From assembly GCA_039000725.1 (NCBI GenBank), contig JAWBNO010000001.1, positions 130,446 to 194,445 on the forward strand: a stretch of 64,000 bases of DNA, in the 5' to 3' direction. The translations under genes were made by a program, and so were the position numbers. Shown in pieces: positions 29,209 to 38,765 of the stretch. The number at the start of each line of letters is the position of its first letter. Within the stretch, counting starts at the first letter, position 1. The stretch is from Candidatus Aenigmatarchaeota archaeon (GTDB lineage: Archaea > Aenigmatarchaeota > Aenigmatarchaeia > CG10238-14 > SpSt-28). The notes beneath the pieces are model-generated. The model was given only the letters and a program-made list of their open reading frames with translations, did no database searches and had not been told where the DNA came from.

Positions 29209-29529
29209 ATGGAAGTTTTAGAGGAAAGGCCAATAACACTAGCGGAAGCTAAAGAAATTTTGGAAAAAAAGAAAGAAGAAAAAAGATACGAAATAATAAA
29301 TGCCTTAGATTATGTCAGAAAGTTTAGTTCTATTTCTATAGATGACATAAATAAGTTAAAAGAAGAATTAAAAACCATATCAAAATTAAGCGAAGATGAA
29401 ATAGTGAAAATATGCGATCTTTTACCTAAAAGTAAAGATGAACTTAAAGCTATTTTATATAAAAACTACAACAAGTTTGAAGATTCTGAATTAGATAAAA
29501 TTATTGAAATCGTAAAAAAACTCGGATAA
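29209..29529 (+). CDS. rpoF: DNA-directed RNA polymerase subunit Rpo4/F (probable)
   Basis: 106 aa acidic helical protein in the conserved archaeal L21e - RpoF - DUF655 order. The call rests mainly on context and size. Confidence 0.6.
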   Translation: MEVLEERPITLAEAKEILEKKKEEKRYEIINALDYVRKFSSISIDDINKLKEELKTISKLSEDEIVKICDLLPKSKDELKAILYKNYNKFEDSELDKIIEIVKKLG

Positions 29530-29542
29530 AGAGGTGTTTCTA

Positions 29543-30082
29543 ATGCCAAAAGAAGAATATTTGATAGTATTAGACTTTTTACCAAGTGGAAAACCAACTG
29601 ATAAAAAACCAGAACCTATAGCTCAAGGTATTGGAGAAAGATATTTTTCACTTTTGGAAGTTGTTATTAAAAGGGGTTTTATTGTAAAACCTAAAGAAAG
29701 AATATACATTGGTGAAGGAAAGAGGGATGTGGTTGAATATATAAAAAGAAAAATTAGATACGATGAATTGACTAGTTTAGCTAAAGACTTACTAGAAGAA
29801 GTTGTTTCTGAAATAGTTGAAAGGGATGAAAAAAGATTTGTGAATATAATAAACATGGCTCCACCTTTAAGCGCTAGGATGCATTCCTTAGAACTTTTAC
29901 CCGGCATAGGTAAAAAACATTTATTTACACTTATTCAGGAAAGAAAGAAAAAACCATTTGAAAGTTTTGAGGATATAAAAAACAGAGTTGAAATGATACC
30001 AGACCCAAAAAAAATGATTGTCAAAAGAATAATATCTGAGATAAAAAATGAAGATAGGCATAGACTTTTTGTTTTTGATTAA
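29543..30082 (+). CDS. DUF655/COG1491 predicted RNA-binding protein
   Basis: MPKEEYLIVLDFLPSGK at the N-terminus plus a C-terminal HhH-like region LELLPGIGKK. Conserved neighbour of rpoF. Confidence 0.7.
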   Translation: MPKEEYLIVLDFLPSGKPTDKKPEPIAQGIGERYFSLLEVVIKRGFIVKPKERIYIGEGKRDVVEYIKRKIRYDELTSLAKDLLEEVVSEIVERDEKRFVNIINMAPPLSARMHSLELLPGIGKKHLFTLIQERKKKPFESFEDIKNRVEMIPDPKKMIVKRIISEIKNEDRHRLFVFD

Positions 30083-30091
30083 AACTTTATA

Positions 30092-30204
30092 TAGCCCCGG
30101 GCGGATTCGAACCGCCGTCCCCGGGTTTCTTTCTCATCTAAATATCAAAGCTTTAGTCCTGCGAGACCAAAGCCCGGTATCCTTGGCCGCTAGACGACGG
30201 GGCT
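30092..30204 (-). tRNA. tRNA-Gln (anticodon UUG) with a ~40-nt intron
   Basis: The reverse complement starts agccccgtcgtctagcggccaaggat. A1-U72 is typical of archaeal tRNA-Gln. Anticodon stem ccggg/cccgg with loop ct-TTG-g...a. Intron about 30127-30166. T arm ggcgg-ttcgaat-ccgcc. Confidence 0.85.
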
Positions 30205-30247
30205 ATATTTTAATAATTATTATTCCTTTGATAAAGTTTTAAATATT

Positions 30248-30670
30248 CTAAGAAAACGCAATATACATTATTCCATTTGCTATTCTACTTATTCTTGATA
30301 GTTGCTCGGTGGGGTGTGCTCTATGATATAAAACTAAACTGTAGATACCATCAGATACATTCCAAACAAAAGGAATTATGGGTGAAATTATTCCACTCAA
30401 GTTTGCTATTATCCTTCCAAATCTAATAAACTGATAGGGGAAGGTTTTTTCTTCTTTGTACATTTTATATGAAACATATCCATCCAATACCCCCCAGGAT
30501 ATTAGAAGTGCTCTGATCCAACCTACGAAAGATACCATTATTCTTATAGCCAAACCACCTATTATAACAGTGGAGAGACCAAGACAAGAATAAATTCTTT
30601 CTTTTAATTTTTGAATTCTTTTTGAATTAAACTTTCTAAAGAGATTAAACAGCCCCTCAATTATCATCAT
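30248..30670 (-). CDS. Hypothetical membrane protein
   Basis: 140 aa with three or four hydrophobic spans. No motif recognised. Confidence 0.5.
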   Translation of the reverse strand: MMIIEGLFNLFRKFNSKRIQKLKERIYSCLGLSTVIIGGLAIRIMVSFVGWIRALLISWGVLDGYVSYKMYKEEKTFPYQFIRFGRIIANLSGIISPIIPFVWNVSDGIYSLVLYHRAHPTEQLSRISRIANGIMYIAFS

Positions 30671-30704
30671 TATAATTTTCAGGCAGAGATTTATAAACTT
30701 TAAA

Positions 30705-31529
30705 TTAGAGATAAAAAGAAAATAGATAAGCTAGAAGAGCTGGTAAAAATAGAAAAGGAAGGGCCGGTAATGGTTTTCCAAAATTCTTTTTAGAAGCAAA
30801 ATAGAAAAGTAGAAAAACTGAAACTGTACTCATAATTGAGAGAAGAATGGGTATTAAAATTCCCTTATCCAGCATAGAAACCGCCATAGTTGAAGGAAGA
30901 AAATAATCGCCAGAACCCAATGCTATTACTTTTATTTTTTTGGTTTTATCTTTAAAATTTACTTTTCTTAATTTTGAAGCTGGGAAGACTGAAATAAATG
31001 TCGATGGTCTCTCTATCAAATTTTGAGCCATGTAAACCATATGCTTAGTTACAAATACAGAAATTATATCGTATATAGAAAGAAACAAAAAGAGAATCAA
31101 AACTAATGTAGTTGATAAAGAAGATCCCATAAGAGCAGTTGCTGAACTTATTGAAAGGAAGATAATTATGTTTTTTAATAGATAGCTTTTTTTAATCTCA
31201 GCTAATATTACCAAAAACAAAGCAAGCGCTATAGAAGGCACTACAGGCAAAAAATAGGAAAATGTAGTTGTCGTTAAGAAAAATGCGGCAATATTTTCAA
31301 ACACTTTAACGAAAGAGAGTCTAACTTTTATTAGAAAAATAATTGTTAATGTACCAATTAAAATTAGAGAAAAAACTAACAAAATATTTCTAAAATCGTC
31401 TGGCGACGGAAATAATGGTTCTATCTCACCTGCTCTAATAGCTTCCTTTGTTATTAATCCTAAGTATAAAGAAAATAACATTACAGAAAGAAAAAATAAA
31501 GATACGAAAACTAACTCTTTTCTAAACAT
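30705..31529 (-). CDS. Presenilin/signal-peptide-peptidase homologue (A22 intramembrane aspartyl protease)
   Basis: 274 aa polytopic protein. All three family signatures occur in order: YD (LSIYDIISV), GxGD (ALGSGDYF) and PAL (LPALPFL). Confidence 0.75.
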   Translation of the reverse strand: MFRKELVFVSLFFLSVMLFSLYLGLITKEAIRAGEIEPLFPSPDDFRNILLVFSLILIGTLTIIFLIKVRLSFVKVFENIAAFFLTTTTFSYFLPVVPSIALALFLVILAEIKKSYLLKNIIIFLSISSATALMGSSLSTTLVLILFLFLSIYDIISVFVTKHMVYMAQNLIERPSTFISVFPASKLRKVNFKDKTKKIKVIALGSGDYFLPSTMAVSMLDKGILIPILLSIMSTVSVFLLFYFASKKNFGKPLPALPFLFLPALLAYLFSFYL

Positions 31530-31572
31530 TAAATTATTTTTTGCTTAAATAGTTATAAGTTAAATAATATGG

Positions 31573-31989
31573 ATGATATTAGGATACACTTTCACAGAAA
31601 TTGTGGGAAAAAGGGCTGAAATTTCTAGTAAGGTAGATATAAACTCTACTATAGACATATTAGAAGTAAAGGAAAACGAAATTGATATAGGAGAAAGGAA
31701 AAAGGTTATCGAAATAGCCTTCGAGTTTAAAGTTGAGTATAAACCGTCTGACGGAAAAATAGTTTTAAAAGGGAATGTTTTATATTATGCTAAAAATAGT
31801 AAAGATGTGGTAAAAGAATGGGAAAAAAATAAAAAATTACCCGAAGAGATAGATATTGAAGTAAAAAACTTTCTTTTGAAGAAGTGTCTTAGTTTTGCCT
31901 TAACTATATCAGAGGAAATCAGAATGCCCACACCAATACCTTTTCCTGTAATTGTTAAAAAGAAAGAAGAAAATAGCTATATTGGATAG
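31573..31989 (+). CDS. Hypothetical protein
   Basis: 138 aa soluble ORF with coding-like composition. No motif recognised. Confidence 0.5.
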   Translation: MILGYTFTEIVGKRAEISSKVDINSTIDILEVKENEIDIGERKKVIEIAFEFKVEYKPSDGKIVLKGNVLYYAKNSKDVVKEWEKNKKLPEEIDIEVKNFLLKKCLSFALTISEEIRMPTPIPFPVIVKKKEENSYIG

Positions 31990-32004
31990 AAAATAATTAT
32001 TTGT

Positions 32005-32469
32005 ATGTTGAGTATAATAAAAACTTTGGGATACTTTGGAATTTTTATAGTTAGTTTAGTTTCCACTTCTACAATTCTTCTACCATTACCATTATATTCA
32101 ATAATAACAATAGCAGCAAGTTTAGGAATGAATCCTTTATTAGTGTCGTTTTTTTCAGCTTTAGGGATGAGCATAGGAGAATTCACTGGGTATCTTATTG
32201 GATTGGGTGGTGGTTCTTTAATTGAAAAAAGGAATAGAAAATTAATAAATCGATTTGAAAAATTTTTTAAAAAATATGGAATATTAACTGTCTCTCTATT
32301 TGCATTTCTACCTTTTCCTTTTGATATAGTAGGAATTATGGCTGGTATGGGAAGGCATGATATTAAAAAGTTTTTCTTTGCAACCTTTATAGGAAAATTC
32401 TTTAAGGCTCTACTACTTTCTTATTCTGGTTATTTGATATCTAGAATTATTTGGCAATTCTATTTTTAA
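32005..32469 (+). CDS. DedA/YqaA-type (VTT domain) membrane protein
   Basis: 154 aa with four hydrophobic spans. Contains GYFGIFIVSLVSTSTILLPLP and FLPFPFD, typical of the short YqaA branch. Confidence 0.6.
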   Translation: MLSIIKTLGYFGIFIVSLVSTSTILLPLPLYSIITIAASLGMNPLLVSFFSALGMSIGEFTGYLIGLGGGSLIEKRNRKLINRFEKFFKKYGILTVSLFAFLPFPFDIVGIMAGMGRHDIKKFFFATFIGKFFKALLLSYSGYLISRIIWQFYF

Positions 32470-32489
32470 TATTACTAATAAATATTTTT

Positions 32490-33752
32490 ATGCCATCAAT
32501 AACTTTTTGTTTTCAAGTTCATCAACCCATAAGAATTTCTAATTTTCAATCAAATGGATTCTTAAAAAGAATCGATTATTACAACTCATATTTTAATCAT
32601 GGATTAAACAAATGGATTTTTGACAGAGTAGCAAATAAATGTTATTTACCAACAAACAGAATATTATTAGAAATTTTGGATAATTTAAAACATGAAAGAA
32701 AGAAATTTAAAATTGCATTTAGTTTAACGGGTACTTTTGTAGAGAGTGCAGAAAAATATAATAAAGACGTTTTGTCGACCTTCAAACAACTAGCAGAAAA
32801 ATCTGAAGTTGAATTTTTAGGTGAAACTTACTATCATTCTTTAGCTAGTTTGTATGAAAGTGAGGAAGAGTTTGTAGAGCAAGTTGAAATGCACAAACAA
32901 ATGCTTAAAGATTATTTTGGTGTTGTACCTAAGGTTTTCGTTAATACTGAGATGCTCTATAACAATAGAATAGCTAAGATTGTGGAAAGCTTAGGTTTTA
33001 AGGCTATTTACACAGAGGGGGCAGAAAGAATTTTGGAATGGAGAAGTCCAAACTACGTTTATGTGAGAAAATACTGTTTTCCTGACGATCCTCCACCAAA
33101 TAAAAGAATAAAAGTGTTGCTTAGAAACTATAGATTAAGCGATGACATTGGATACCGATTTTCCGCCAGAAATTGGGATCAGTGGCCATTAACTGCAGAA
33201 AAATATACTGCTTGGCTTAGTGCTACCTCAGGTCAAGTAATAAATATTTTTATGGATTATGAGACTTTTGGTGAGCATCAACCAGAAGATAGTGGAATAT
33301 TTTGGTTTTTAAAAGCACTACCTTACATGGTTTTAAGAGATCCAAACTTAGAATTTTTGAAACCCATAGAAGTTATAGAAAAATATCAGCCAATTGGGGA
33401 AATAGATGTTTTTGAATTTTCTACAGTATCTTGGGCTGACATGGAAAGAGATGTATCTGCATGGTTAGGAAATAAGATGCAACAAATCGCTTTTAATGAA
33501 GTAAAAAACTTGGAAAAATTAGTAAAGCAAACGAACAACGCTGAATTAATAAAAATCTGGAGACTCTTACAACAGAGTGATCACTACTACTATATATGTA
33601 ATAAATGGTGGGCTGACGGAGATGTTCATAAGTATTTTAGTATTTTTGGATCTCCCGAAGATGCTTTTGCAAACTTTATGAATATTATATCAGATTTTAA
33701 AACAAGGGTTCTTTTGGAATTAGATAAAAAAGAGGAGGTATCTAATAAATGA
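32490..33752 (+). CDS. GH57-family alpha-amylase
   Basis: GH57 blocks FCFQVHQP, GETYYHS, NTEMLY and MDYETFGEH are present. Start set at the ATG of MPSITF; the track ORF starts 13 codons earlier. Confidence 0.8.
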   Translation: MPSITFCFQVHQPIRISNFQSNGFLKRIDYYNSYFNHGLNKWIFDRVANKCYLPTNRILLEILDNLKHERKKFKIAFSLTGTFVESAEKYNKDVLSTFKQLAEKSEVEFLGETYYHSLASLYESEEEFVEQVEMHKQMLKDYFGVVPKVFVNTEMLYNNRIAKIVESLGFKAIYTEGAERILEWRSPNYVYVRKYCFPDDPPPNKRIKVLLRNYRLSDDIGYRFSARNWDQWPLTAEKYTAWLSATSGQVINIFMDYETFGEHQPEDSGIFWFLKALPYMVLRDPNLEFLKPIEVIEKYQPIGEIDVFEFSTVSWADMERDVSAWLGNKMQQIAFNEVKNLEKLVKQTNNAELIKIWRLLQQSDHYYYICNKWWADGDVHKYFSIFGSPEDAFANFMNIISDFKTRVLLELDKKEEVSNK

Positions 33753-34684
33753 AGGCAACAGTTGCCGGCTCCATTGTAATGGATATAACAATATACTCAA
33801 CTAAACATTTCAAAATTATAAAAGACTATTTTGCTTTTCCTTTTGATCATAAAATTCAAGTTGATAAGATTTTTGTCGAGGCTGGTGGTTCTGGTTATAA
33901 TGTTTCTTCAGCTATTACTAATTTTGGCAATAAAGTTCATTTGTTTGGTGCTATAGGTAAAGATACGTATGGACAAATCATTCTAAAATCTATGAAAAAA
34001 AATAAAATTAAAACAGATTGCATAAAAATTATAAATAATGAATTAACAGGATTTTCATTAATATTCTTGTATGGTTCTGAAAAAACTATAGTAACCTATA
34101 GAGGTGCCAATAACTATCTTTCTGAAGAAGATCTCATCGAAAGTAAAATAAAAAATAGTGACATATTCTTATTCACAAGCATGACTAGCAATCAAAATAT
34201 AAAATTCATTAGAAAGGCCATAAGCATAGGTAAAAAGTATGGGGTAAAAATCTTTTGTAATCCGAGCATTGCTATGGTTGAACATCAAAAAGATAATTTG
34301 AGAGAATTCATAAGAGAATCCGACTTTGTTATAATGAATAAAAAAGAAGCATTGAGTTTAACTAATGCTAAAGACTTGAAAGTGGCTATCTATAAATTAA
34401 AGAAAATTAGCGGTGGTATACCAATAGTAACAGCAGGCAAACTAGGTTGCTTTGTTTATGATGAAAAAATAAAAAACTTTAAAGCTTATGATGTTGATGT
34501 TATAGATACTACAGGTGCAGGAGATGCATTTACAGGAGCATTTGTGCATGCTCTCTATTTAACGGAAGATTTAGAATATTCATTAAGATTTGCCAATGCT
34601 GCAGCTGCTATAAAAATAAGTAGTCATAACAGAAAAATTCCTAGCGAAAAAGAAGTTGTAAAATTTATGGAGGAAAAATCATGA
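33749..34684 (+). CDS. PfkB-family sugar/sugar-phosphate kinase (candidate 6-phosphofructokinase by context)
   Basis: 311 aa. Contains GGSGYNV and DTTGAGDAFTGAF. ATGA overlaps with both neighbours. Confidence 0.8.
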   Translation: MKATVAGSIVMDITIYSTKHFKIIKDYFAFPFDHKIQVDKIFVEAGGSGYNVSSAITNFGNKVHLFGAIGKDTYGQIILKSMKKNKIKTDCIKIINNELTGFSLIFLYGSEKTIVTYRGANNYLSEEDLIESKIKNSDIFLFTSMTSNQNIKFIRKAISIGKKYGVKIFCNPSIAMVEHQKDNLREFIRESDFVIMNKKEALSLTNAKDLKVAIYKLKKISGGIPIVTAGKLGCFVYDEKIKNFKAYDVDVIDTTGAGDAFTGAFVHALYLTEDLEYSLRFANAAAAIKISSHNRKIPSEKEVVKFMEEKS

Positions 34685-35451
34685 TATTTTCATCTAAAGA
34701 AAAAAATTTAAAAAAAGTCTTAAAAGATGGAAAAGCCTTAATATTGGCATTTGACCATGCTGTAGAGCATGGACCACAAGAATATGAAGGAGTTGATCTT
34801 TCTCCTCAAAGAATAGGAAAAATTGCATATGAAGGTAAAGTTGATGGTTTAATAGTTCATATTGGGGTTGCAAAAATTGTGAAAAAATTATATCCAAAGG
34901 TACCTCTAATAATAAAGCTAACCGCAAGAAATGAATTATTAGATAGTAGAATTCAATTACAAGAAATTGTGACTAAAGTCAAAGAAGCAAAAAATGTTGG
35001 GGCTGTTGGAGTAGCTTATACAATTTATTTTGGATCTGATTTTGAAAATCAAATGATTAGAACATTTTCTGAAATAAAAGAAGAAGCCAATAAATATAAA
35101 ATGCCAATATTCGGTTTTGCTTATCCTCGAAGTAATAAATTTAAATCGAAGTATGATCCTATTGCTGTTAGGTATGCTGCTAGAGTTGGTGCTGAAATAG
35201 GATTCGATGTTGTTAAAACATATTACACTGGTGATAAAGAAAGTTTTTCCAAGGTTGTTAAAGATTGCTTTGTTCCAATATTAGTTGCAGGTGGTCCAAA
35301 AATAGAAGAGGAAAGGGAATTTATAAAAATTGTAGAAGATGTGATGAGTGTTGGTGCTGCTGGTATTGCTGTAGGTAGAAACGTTTGGGAAAGAAATGAT
35401 GAAGAAGCTCTAAAGATATTAGAAGATTTAAGGAGGATAATCCACAAATGA
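34681..35451 (+). CDS. Class I fructose-bisphosphate aldolase (archaeal DhnA/FbaB type)
   Basis: 256 aa. Contains LAFDHAVEHGP, IIKLT and DVVKTYYTGD, typical of the DhnA family. An AroA'-type paralogue cannot be excluded. Confidence 0.75.
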   Translation: MIFSSKEKNLKKVLKDGKALILAFDHAVEHGPQEYEGVDLSPQRIGKIAYEGKVDGLIVHIGVAKIVKKLYPKVPLIIKLTARNELLDSRIQLQEIVTKVKEAKNVGAVGVAYTIYFGSDFENQMIRTFSEIKEEANKYKMPIFGFAYPRSNKFKSKYDPIAVRYAARVGAEIGFDVVKTYYTGDKESFSKVVKDCFVPILVAGGPKIEEEREFIKIVEDVMSVGAAGIAVGRNVWERNDEEALKILEDLRRIIHK

Positions 35452-36104
35452 TAATAATTAATTTTAAAAATTATAAAGAGGCCTTAGGAAAAAATGCCTT
35501 GAAAATTTGTAGAATTATTGAAGATGTTTGCAAAAAAAGTAGAATTAAAATTTTTGTAGCTCCGCAATATACAGACATTCCATTAATTTCTAGAAATTTC
35601 TCTTTTCCTGTATTAGCTCAGCATGTAGATGATGTTGAAGAAGGAAAATTTACAGGAAGTGTGTCAATTTTTTCTTTAAAAGAATATAATGTATTTGGTT
35701 CTCTTTTAAACCACTCCGAAAGAAAAATATCTATAGAAAAAATCAAAAGAACTATAAAATTGGCTAAAAAAAATAATCTTAAAATATTCGCTCTTGCATC
35801 ATCACTAAAAGAAGCTAAAGAAATTTTAAAGTTTAAACCATATTCTTTGGCATATGAACCACCAGAATTAATAGGAACCGGTAGAGCTGTTTCAAAAGAA
35901 AAACCAGATATTCTAAAAAAATTTGTTGATTTGACAAAAAACAAAAAAGTTATTAAGCTTGCTGGAGCTGGCATTTCTAATAAAGAGGATGTTAAAAAGG
36001 CGCTAGAAATTGGATGTGATGGTGTTCTAATATCATCAGCTTTTGTTTTTTCTAAAAATAAAAAAGAATTCTTAGAAAAGGTTATTTCCGCTTTTTATAG
36101 ATAG
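35448..36104 (+). CDS. tpiA: Triosephosphate isomerase (archaeal short type)
   Basis: 218 aa. Contains IIINFKNY, LLNHSERK, YEPPELIGTG and AGAGIS. Confidence 0.85.
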   Translation: MIIINFKNYKEALGKNALKICRIIEDVCKKSRIKIFVAPQYTDIPLISRNFSFPVLAQHVDDVEEGKFTGSVSIFSLKEYNVFGSLLNHSERKISIEKIKRTIKLAKKNNLKIFALASSLKEAKEILKFKPYSLAYEPPELIGTGRAVSKEKPDILKKFVDLTKNKKVIKLAGAGISNKEDVKKALEIGCDGVLISSAFVFSKNKKEFLEKVISAFYR

Positions 36105-36139
36105 TCTCAATATTTTAAAATTTCAAAAAAATAAACATA

Positions 36140-37282
36140 ATGGATAAAGAAGAAATAATAAAATTAGTTGAAAAAGAACCCACAGAAGAAATATTAACAA
36201 AAGAAAGATTGGCGCAATATTTAGATGAAAAAAGAAAGATTAATCATTACATAGGCTTTGAAATTTCCGGCTTTGTTCATCTTGGAACTGGAATAATTTG
36301 CATGAGCAAAGTTGCGGACTTTCAAAAAGCAGGAATAAACACTACCATATTTTTAGCTGATTTTCATTCTTGGATAAATAAAAAATTGGGTGGTGATTTA
36401 TCTACAATAAAAAAAGTTGCAGGTGGATATTTCAAAGAAGCATTAAAGATTTCTTTAAAAATTGTTGGTGGTGACCCAGATAAATCTAAATTTGTTTTAG
36501 GCTCAGATCATTATAAAGAGGTTGGTTTAGAATACTTTGAAACTGTGTTAAAAGTTTCTATGAATACTAATTTGTCTAGAATTAAAAGGTCACTAACAAT
36601 TATGGGAAGAAAAGAAAGCGATTCTATAGATTTTGCCCAACTTATTTATCCGCCTATGCAAGTTGCAGATATTTTTTCTTTGAAAGTAAACTTAGCTCAC
36701 GGTGGTATGGACCAAAGAAAAGCACACGTAATAGCAATAGATGTGGGTGAAAAAGTTTCTGGCTACAAACCTATTGCTGTTCATCATCATTTACTAATTG
36801 GAATGCAAATAGATGAAAAAATTAGAGAAAATATTTTATCTGCTAAAAAAGAAGGAAAGAGAGAACTTTTTGAAGAAAGTATAATAGATATAAAAATGTC
36901 GAAATCTAAGCCTGAAAGTGCAATTTTTATACATGATTCAGAGGAAGAAATAAAGAGAAAAATAAGTAAAGCTTTTTGTCCTCCAAAAGAAATAGAACTA
37001 AATCCAGTAATAGATATTGTTAGATATGTAATATTTCCTTGGATTTCTAGATTAGAAAAAAAATTCGAAATAGAAAATCTTAAAAGTGGAAAAATAAAAG
37101 AATATAGTAGTTTATCTGAATTAATAGATGATTATAAAAATGGTAATATTCATCCTCTAGATTTGAAAAGCTCTACAACTAATTACCTAATAGAAATGCT
37201 TAAACCTGCTAGAGATTATTTCTTGTACGGAAGTGGAAAATCATATTTAGAAGAAATTCAAAATCTAAAAATAACTAGATAG
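36140..37282 (+). CDS. tyrS: Class I aminoacyl-tRNA synthetase, most likely tyrosine-tRNA ligase (long archaeal type)
   Basis: 380 aa. Contains [15 protein letters not shown] (HIGH region), [12 protein letters not shown] (TyrRS-like) and KMSKSKP. Confidence 0.7.
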   Translation: MDKEEIIKLVEKEPTEEILTKERLAQYLDEKRKINHYIGFEISGFVHLGTGIICMSKVADFQKAGINTTIFLADFHSWINKKLGGDLSTIKKVAGGYFKEALKISLKIVGGDPDKSKFVLGSDHYKEVGLEYFETVLKVSMNTNLSRIKRSLTIMGRKESDSIDFAQLIYPPMQVADIFSLKVNLAHGGMDQRKAHVIAIDVGEKVSGYKPIAVHHHLLIGMQIDEKIRENILSAKKEGKRELFEESIIDIKMSKSKPESAIFIHDSEEEIKRKISKAFCPPKEIELNPVIDIVRYVIFPWISRLEKKFEIENLKSGKIKEYSSLSELIDDYKNGNIHPLDLKSSTTNYLIEMLKPARDYFLYGSGKSYLEEIQNLKITR

Positions 37283-38561
37283 TTTTACTGACAAATTTTT
37301 TATAAGAAGTTTCTAAAGCCTTTATTCCTGGTAACTCTCCTTTAGATAAATAATCTATCAAAGCCCCTCCAGCTAAACTAACATAAGAAAATTTGTTTTC
37401 AGGTATTCCAAATAGCTCTAATGCAGTTGATGTATCTCCTCCGCCAATTAAAGAAAATGTTTTTAATTCTGCTATCTTTTCTAAAATTTCTCTAGTTGAT
37501 TTTGCAAATGGTGCTTTTTCGTACATTCCCAAAGGACCTTTAACAATTATATATTTTGATGAGGATAAAATTTCTTTAAATTTTTCAACAGTCTTTTTTC
37601 CAACATCTAAAATCAAACCAGAAGATGGTATATTATTAACATCGTATTCAACTCTTTCTCCATTTTCTTCAATAGCAACATCTTCAGGAATTACTATCTG
37701 TTTTTTTCTTTCTTTTAACAACTCTTTTGCCCTATCTAAAAGATTTAAATATCCTAACTTTTCCAAAACTTTTAAATTGTCTTGATTTATATCAACTCCA
37801 TTAGCATATAAAAACAGATTTCCAATTAAGCCACCAAGTAAAATTTTCTTCATCTCTGTTCCTCTTTGATTTAAAATCCTTTCCATAACTTTTAAACAAT
37901 CATCAACTTTTGCTCCACCTAAAACAAAAGTATCCCATTTTAGTTGAAATCTTGGCAAATCGTGAACATAAATGTTTCCAATAATTTTAAAATTGTCTCC
38001 TAGTGAAAAAAACGCCTTGCTTATTGATTTTAACTCTTTCTCCATAACTCTTCCAGCTATAGATGGTAAAACCGTAGAAAAACCTACTATACTTGCATGT
38101 GCCCTATGAGAAGCTGAAAAACCGTCCAATATAAAATAATCGGCAAGTGGATATAATTCTCTAACTATTGTTGAATTAGCATGTTCCTCTATGCTTTTTT
38201 CCTTAGTTTCATCATCTAAAAATCTAACATTATCTAACAAGATTGCTTCTCCTTCCTTAAGATTTTTAATCTTACTTTTAGCTTTTTCTCCAACTACATC
38301 ATTAACAAACTCTATTTTTTTATCCAAGTATTTATTTAGAAGATCAGCATGTTTATCTAGGCTTATAAAATCTTCATCTCCCTTTCTACCTTGATGTGCT
38401 AAAACAACAACTTTTGCTCTTCTATCTTGAAGCTCTTTTATAGTTTTTGCATGAGCTTTAATTCTTGGAGAATCTATCAATCTTTTTGAATCCGAATCAT
38501 AAGGAGAATTTATATCAACTCTAATCAAAACTGTTTTTCCGCTAAAATCAAAGCAATCCAT
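37275..38561 (-). CDS. pgk: Phosphoglycerate kinase
   Basis: Contains [26 protein letters not shown] and GGGDT. Start moved to Met20 (MDCFDF). The track ORF runs to 38618, only 2 nt from tRNA-Ser. Confidence 0.9.
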   Translation of the reverse strand: MDCFDFSGKTVLIRVDINSPYDSDSKRLIDSPRIKAHAKTIKELQDRRAKVVVLAHQGRKGDEDFISLDKHADLLNKYLDKKIEFVNDVVGEKAKSKIKNLKEGEAILLDNVRFLDDETKEKSIEEHANSTIVRELYPLADYFILDGFSASHRAHASIVGFSTVLPSIAGRVMEKELKSISKAFFSLGDNFKIIGNIYVHDLPRFQLKWDTFVLGGAKVDDCLKVMERILNQRGTEMKKILLGGLIGNLFLYANGVDINQDNLKVLEKLGYLNLLDRAKELLKERKKQIVIPEDVAIEENGERVEYDVNNIPSSGLILDVGKKTVEKFKEILSSSKYIIVKGPLGMYEKAPFAKSTREILEKIAELKTFSLIGGGDTSTALELFGIPENKFSYVSLAGGALIDYLSKGELPGIKALETSYKKFVSKTI

Positions 38562-38620
38562 AGTAAAGAAATTCATTAAAAATTTTTGTTTAAAATAATT
38601 AAAAATCTTTATAATCATAT

Positions 38621-38732
38621 GCTGGGGTCGCCTAACCAGGTAGGGCGCCGGTCTTGAGTTATCAAGATCTGATGAAAATGAAGAAAACCGGTGGGCTTAA
38701 CGCCCGTGTGGGTTCAAATCCCACCCCCAGCG
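38621..38732 (+). tRNA. tRNA-Ser (anticodon UGA) with a 27-nt intron
   Basis: Its exons are nearly identical to tRNA-Ser(CGA) at 16518. Anticodon stem ccggt/accgg with loop ct-TGA-g...a. Intron 38659-38685. Long variable arm tgggcttaacgcccgt. T arm gtggg-ttcaaat-cccac. G73. Confidence 0.85.
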
Positions 38733-38765
38733 ATATGTTTTTAAATCTATAAATCTTTACGATTT

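Noticed and set aside
25133-29907. Track ORFs 25133-25399(-), 25979-26254(-), 26229-26477(-), 26646-26837(-), 27308-27658(-) and 29623-29907(-)
   Set aside because: They are antisense shadows of ftsY, srp54, trmY, pus10 and the DUF655 gene.
30048-30242. Plus-strand 64-aa ORF spanning the GC-rich island
   Set aside because: It is read through the complement of the intron-containing tRNA-Gln gene. The GC-rich stretch is explained by the tRNA.
31977-38394. Track ORFs 31977-32186(-), 34694-34927(-), 35223-35447(-), 35618-35974(-), 37393-37785(+) and 38191-38394(+)
   Set aside because: They are antisense to the DedA-like gene, FBA, TIM or pgk. No motifs.
38562-38618. 19-codon N-terminal extension of pgk reaching 2 nt from tRNA-Ser(UGA)
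   Set aside because: The conserved PGK N-terminus begins around [16 protein letters not shown]. The extension is hydrophobic and low-complexity, and it would leave no promoter space.
38659-38685. TGATGA / CTGA in the tRNA-Ser(UGA) intron considered as a box C/D sRNA
   Set aside because: The intron is only 27 nt. That is too short for C, D', C', D boxes plus guide sequences, and only one overlapping ctgatga occurrence is present.
16518-38732. The two near-identical tRNA-Ser 3' halves considered as att-type direct repeats bounding a 22-kb integrated element
   Set aside because: Both are complete, foldable tRNA genes with different anticodons. The intervening 22 kb is core housekeeping (ppsA, srp54, ftsY, ribosomal proteins, glycolysis), not mobile-element content.
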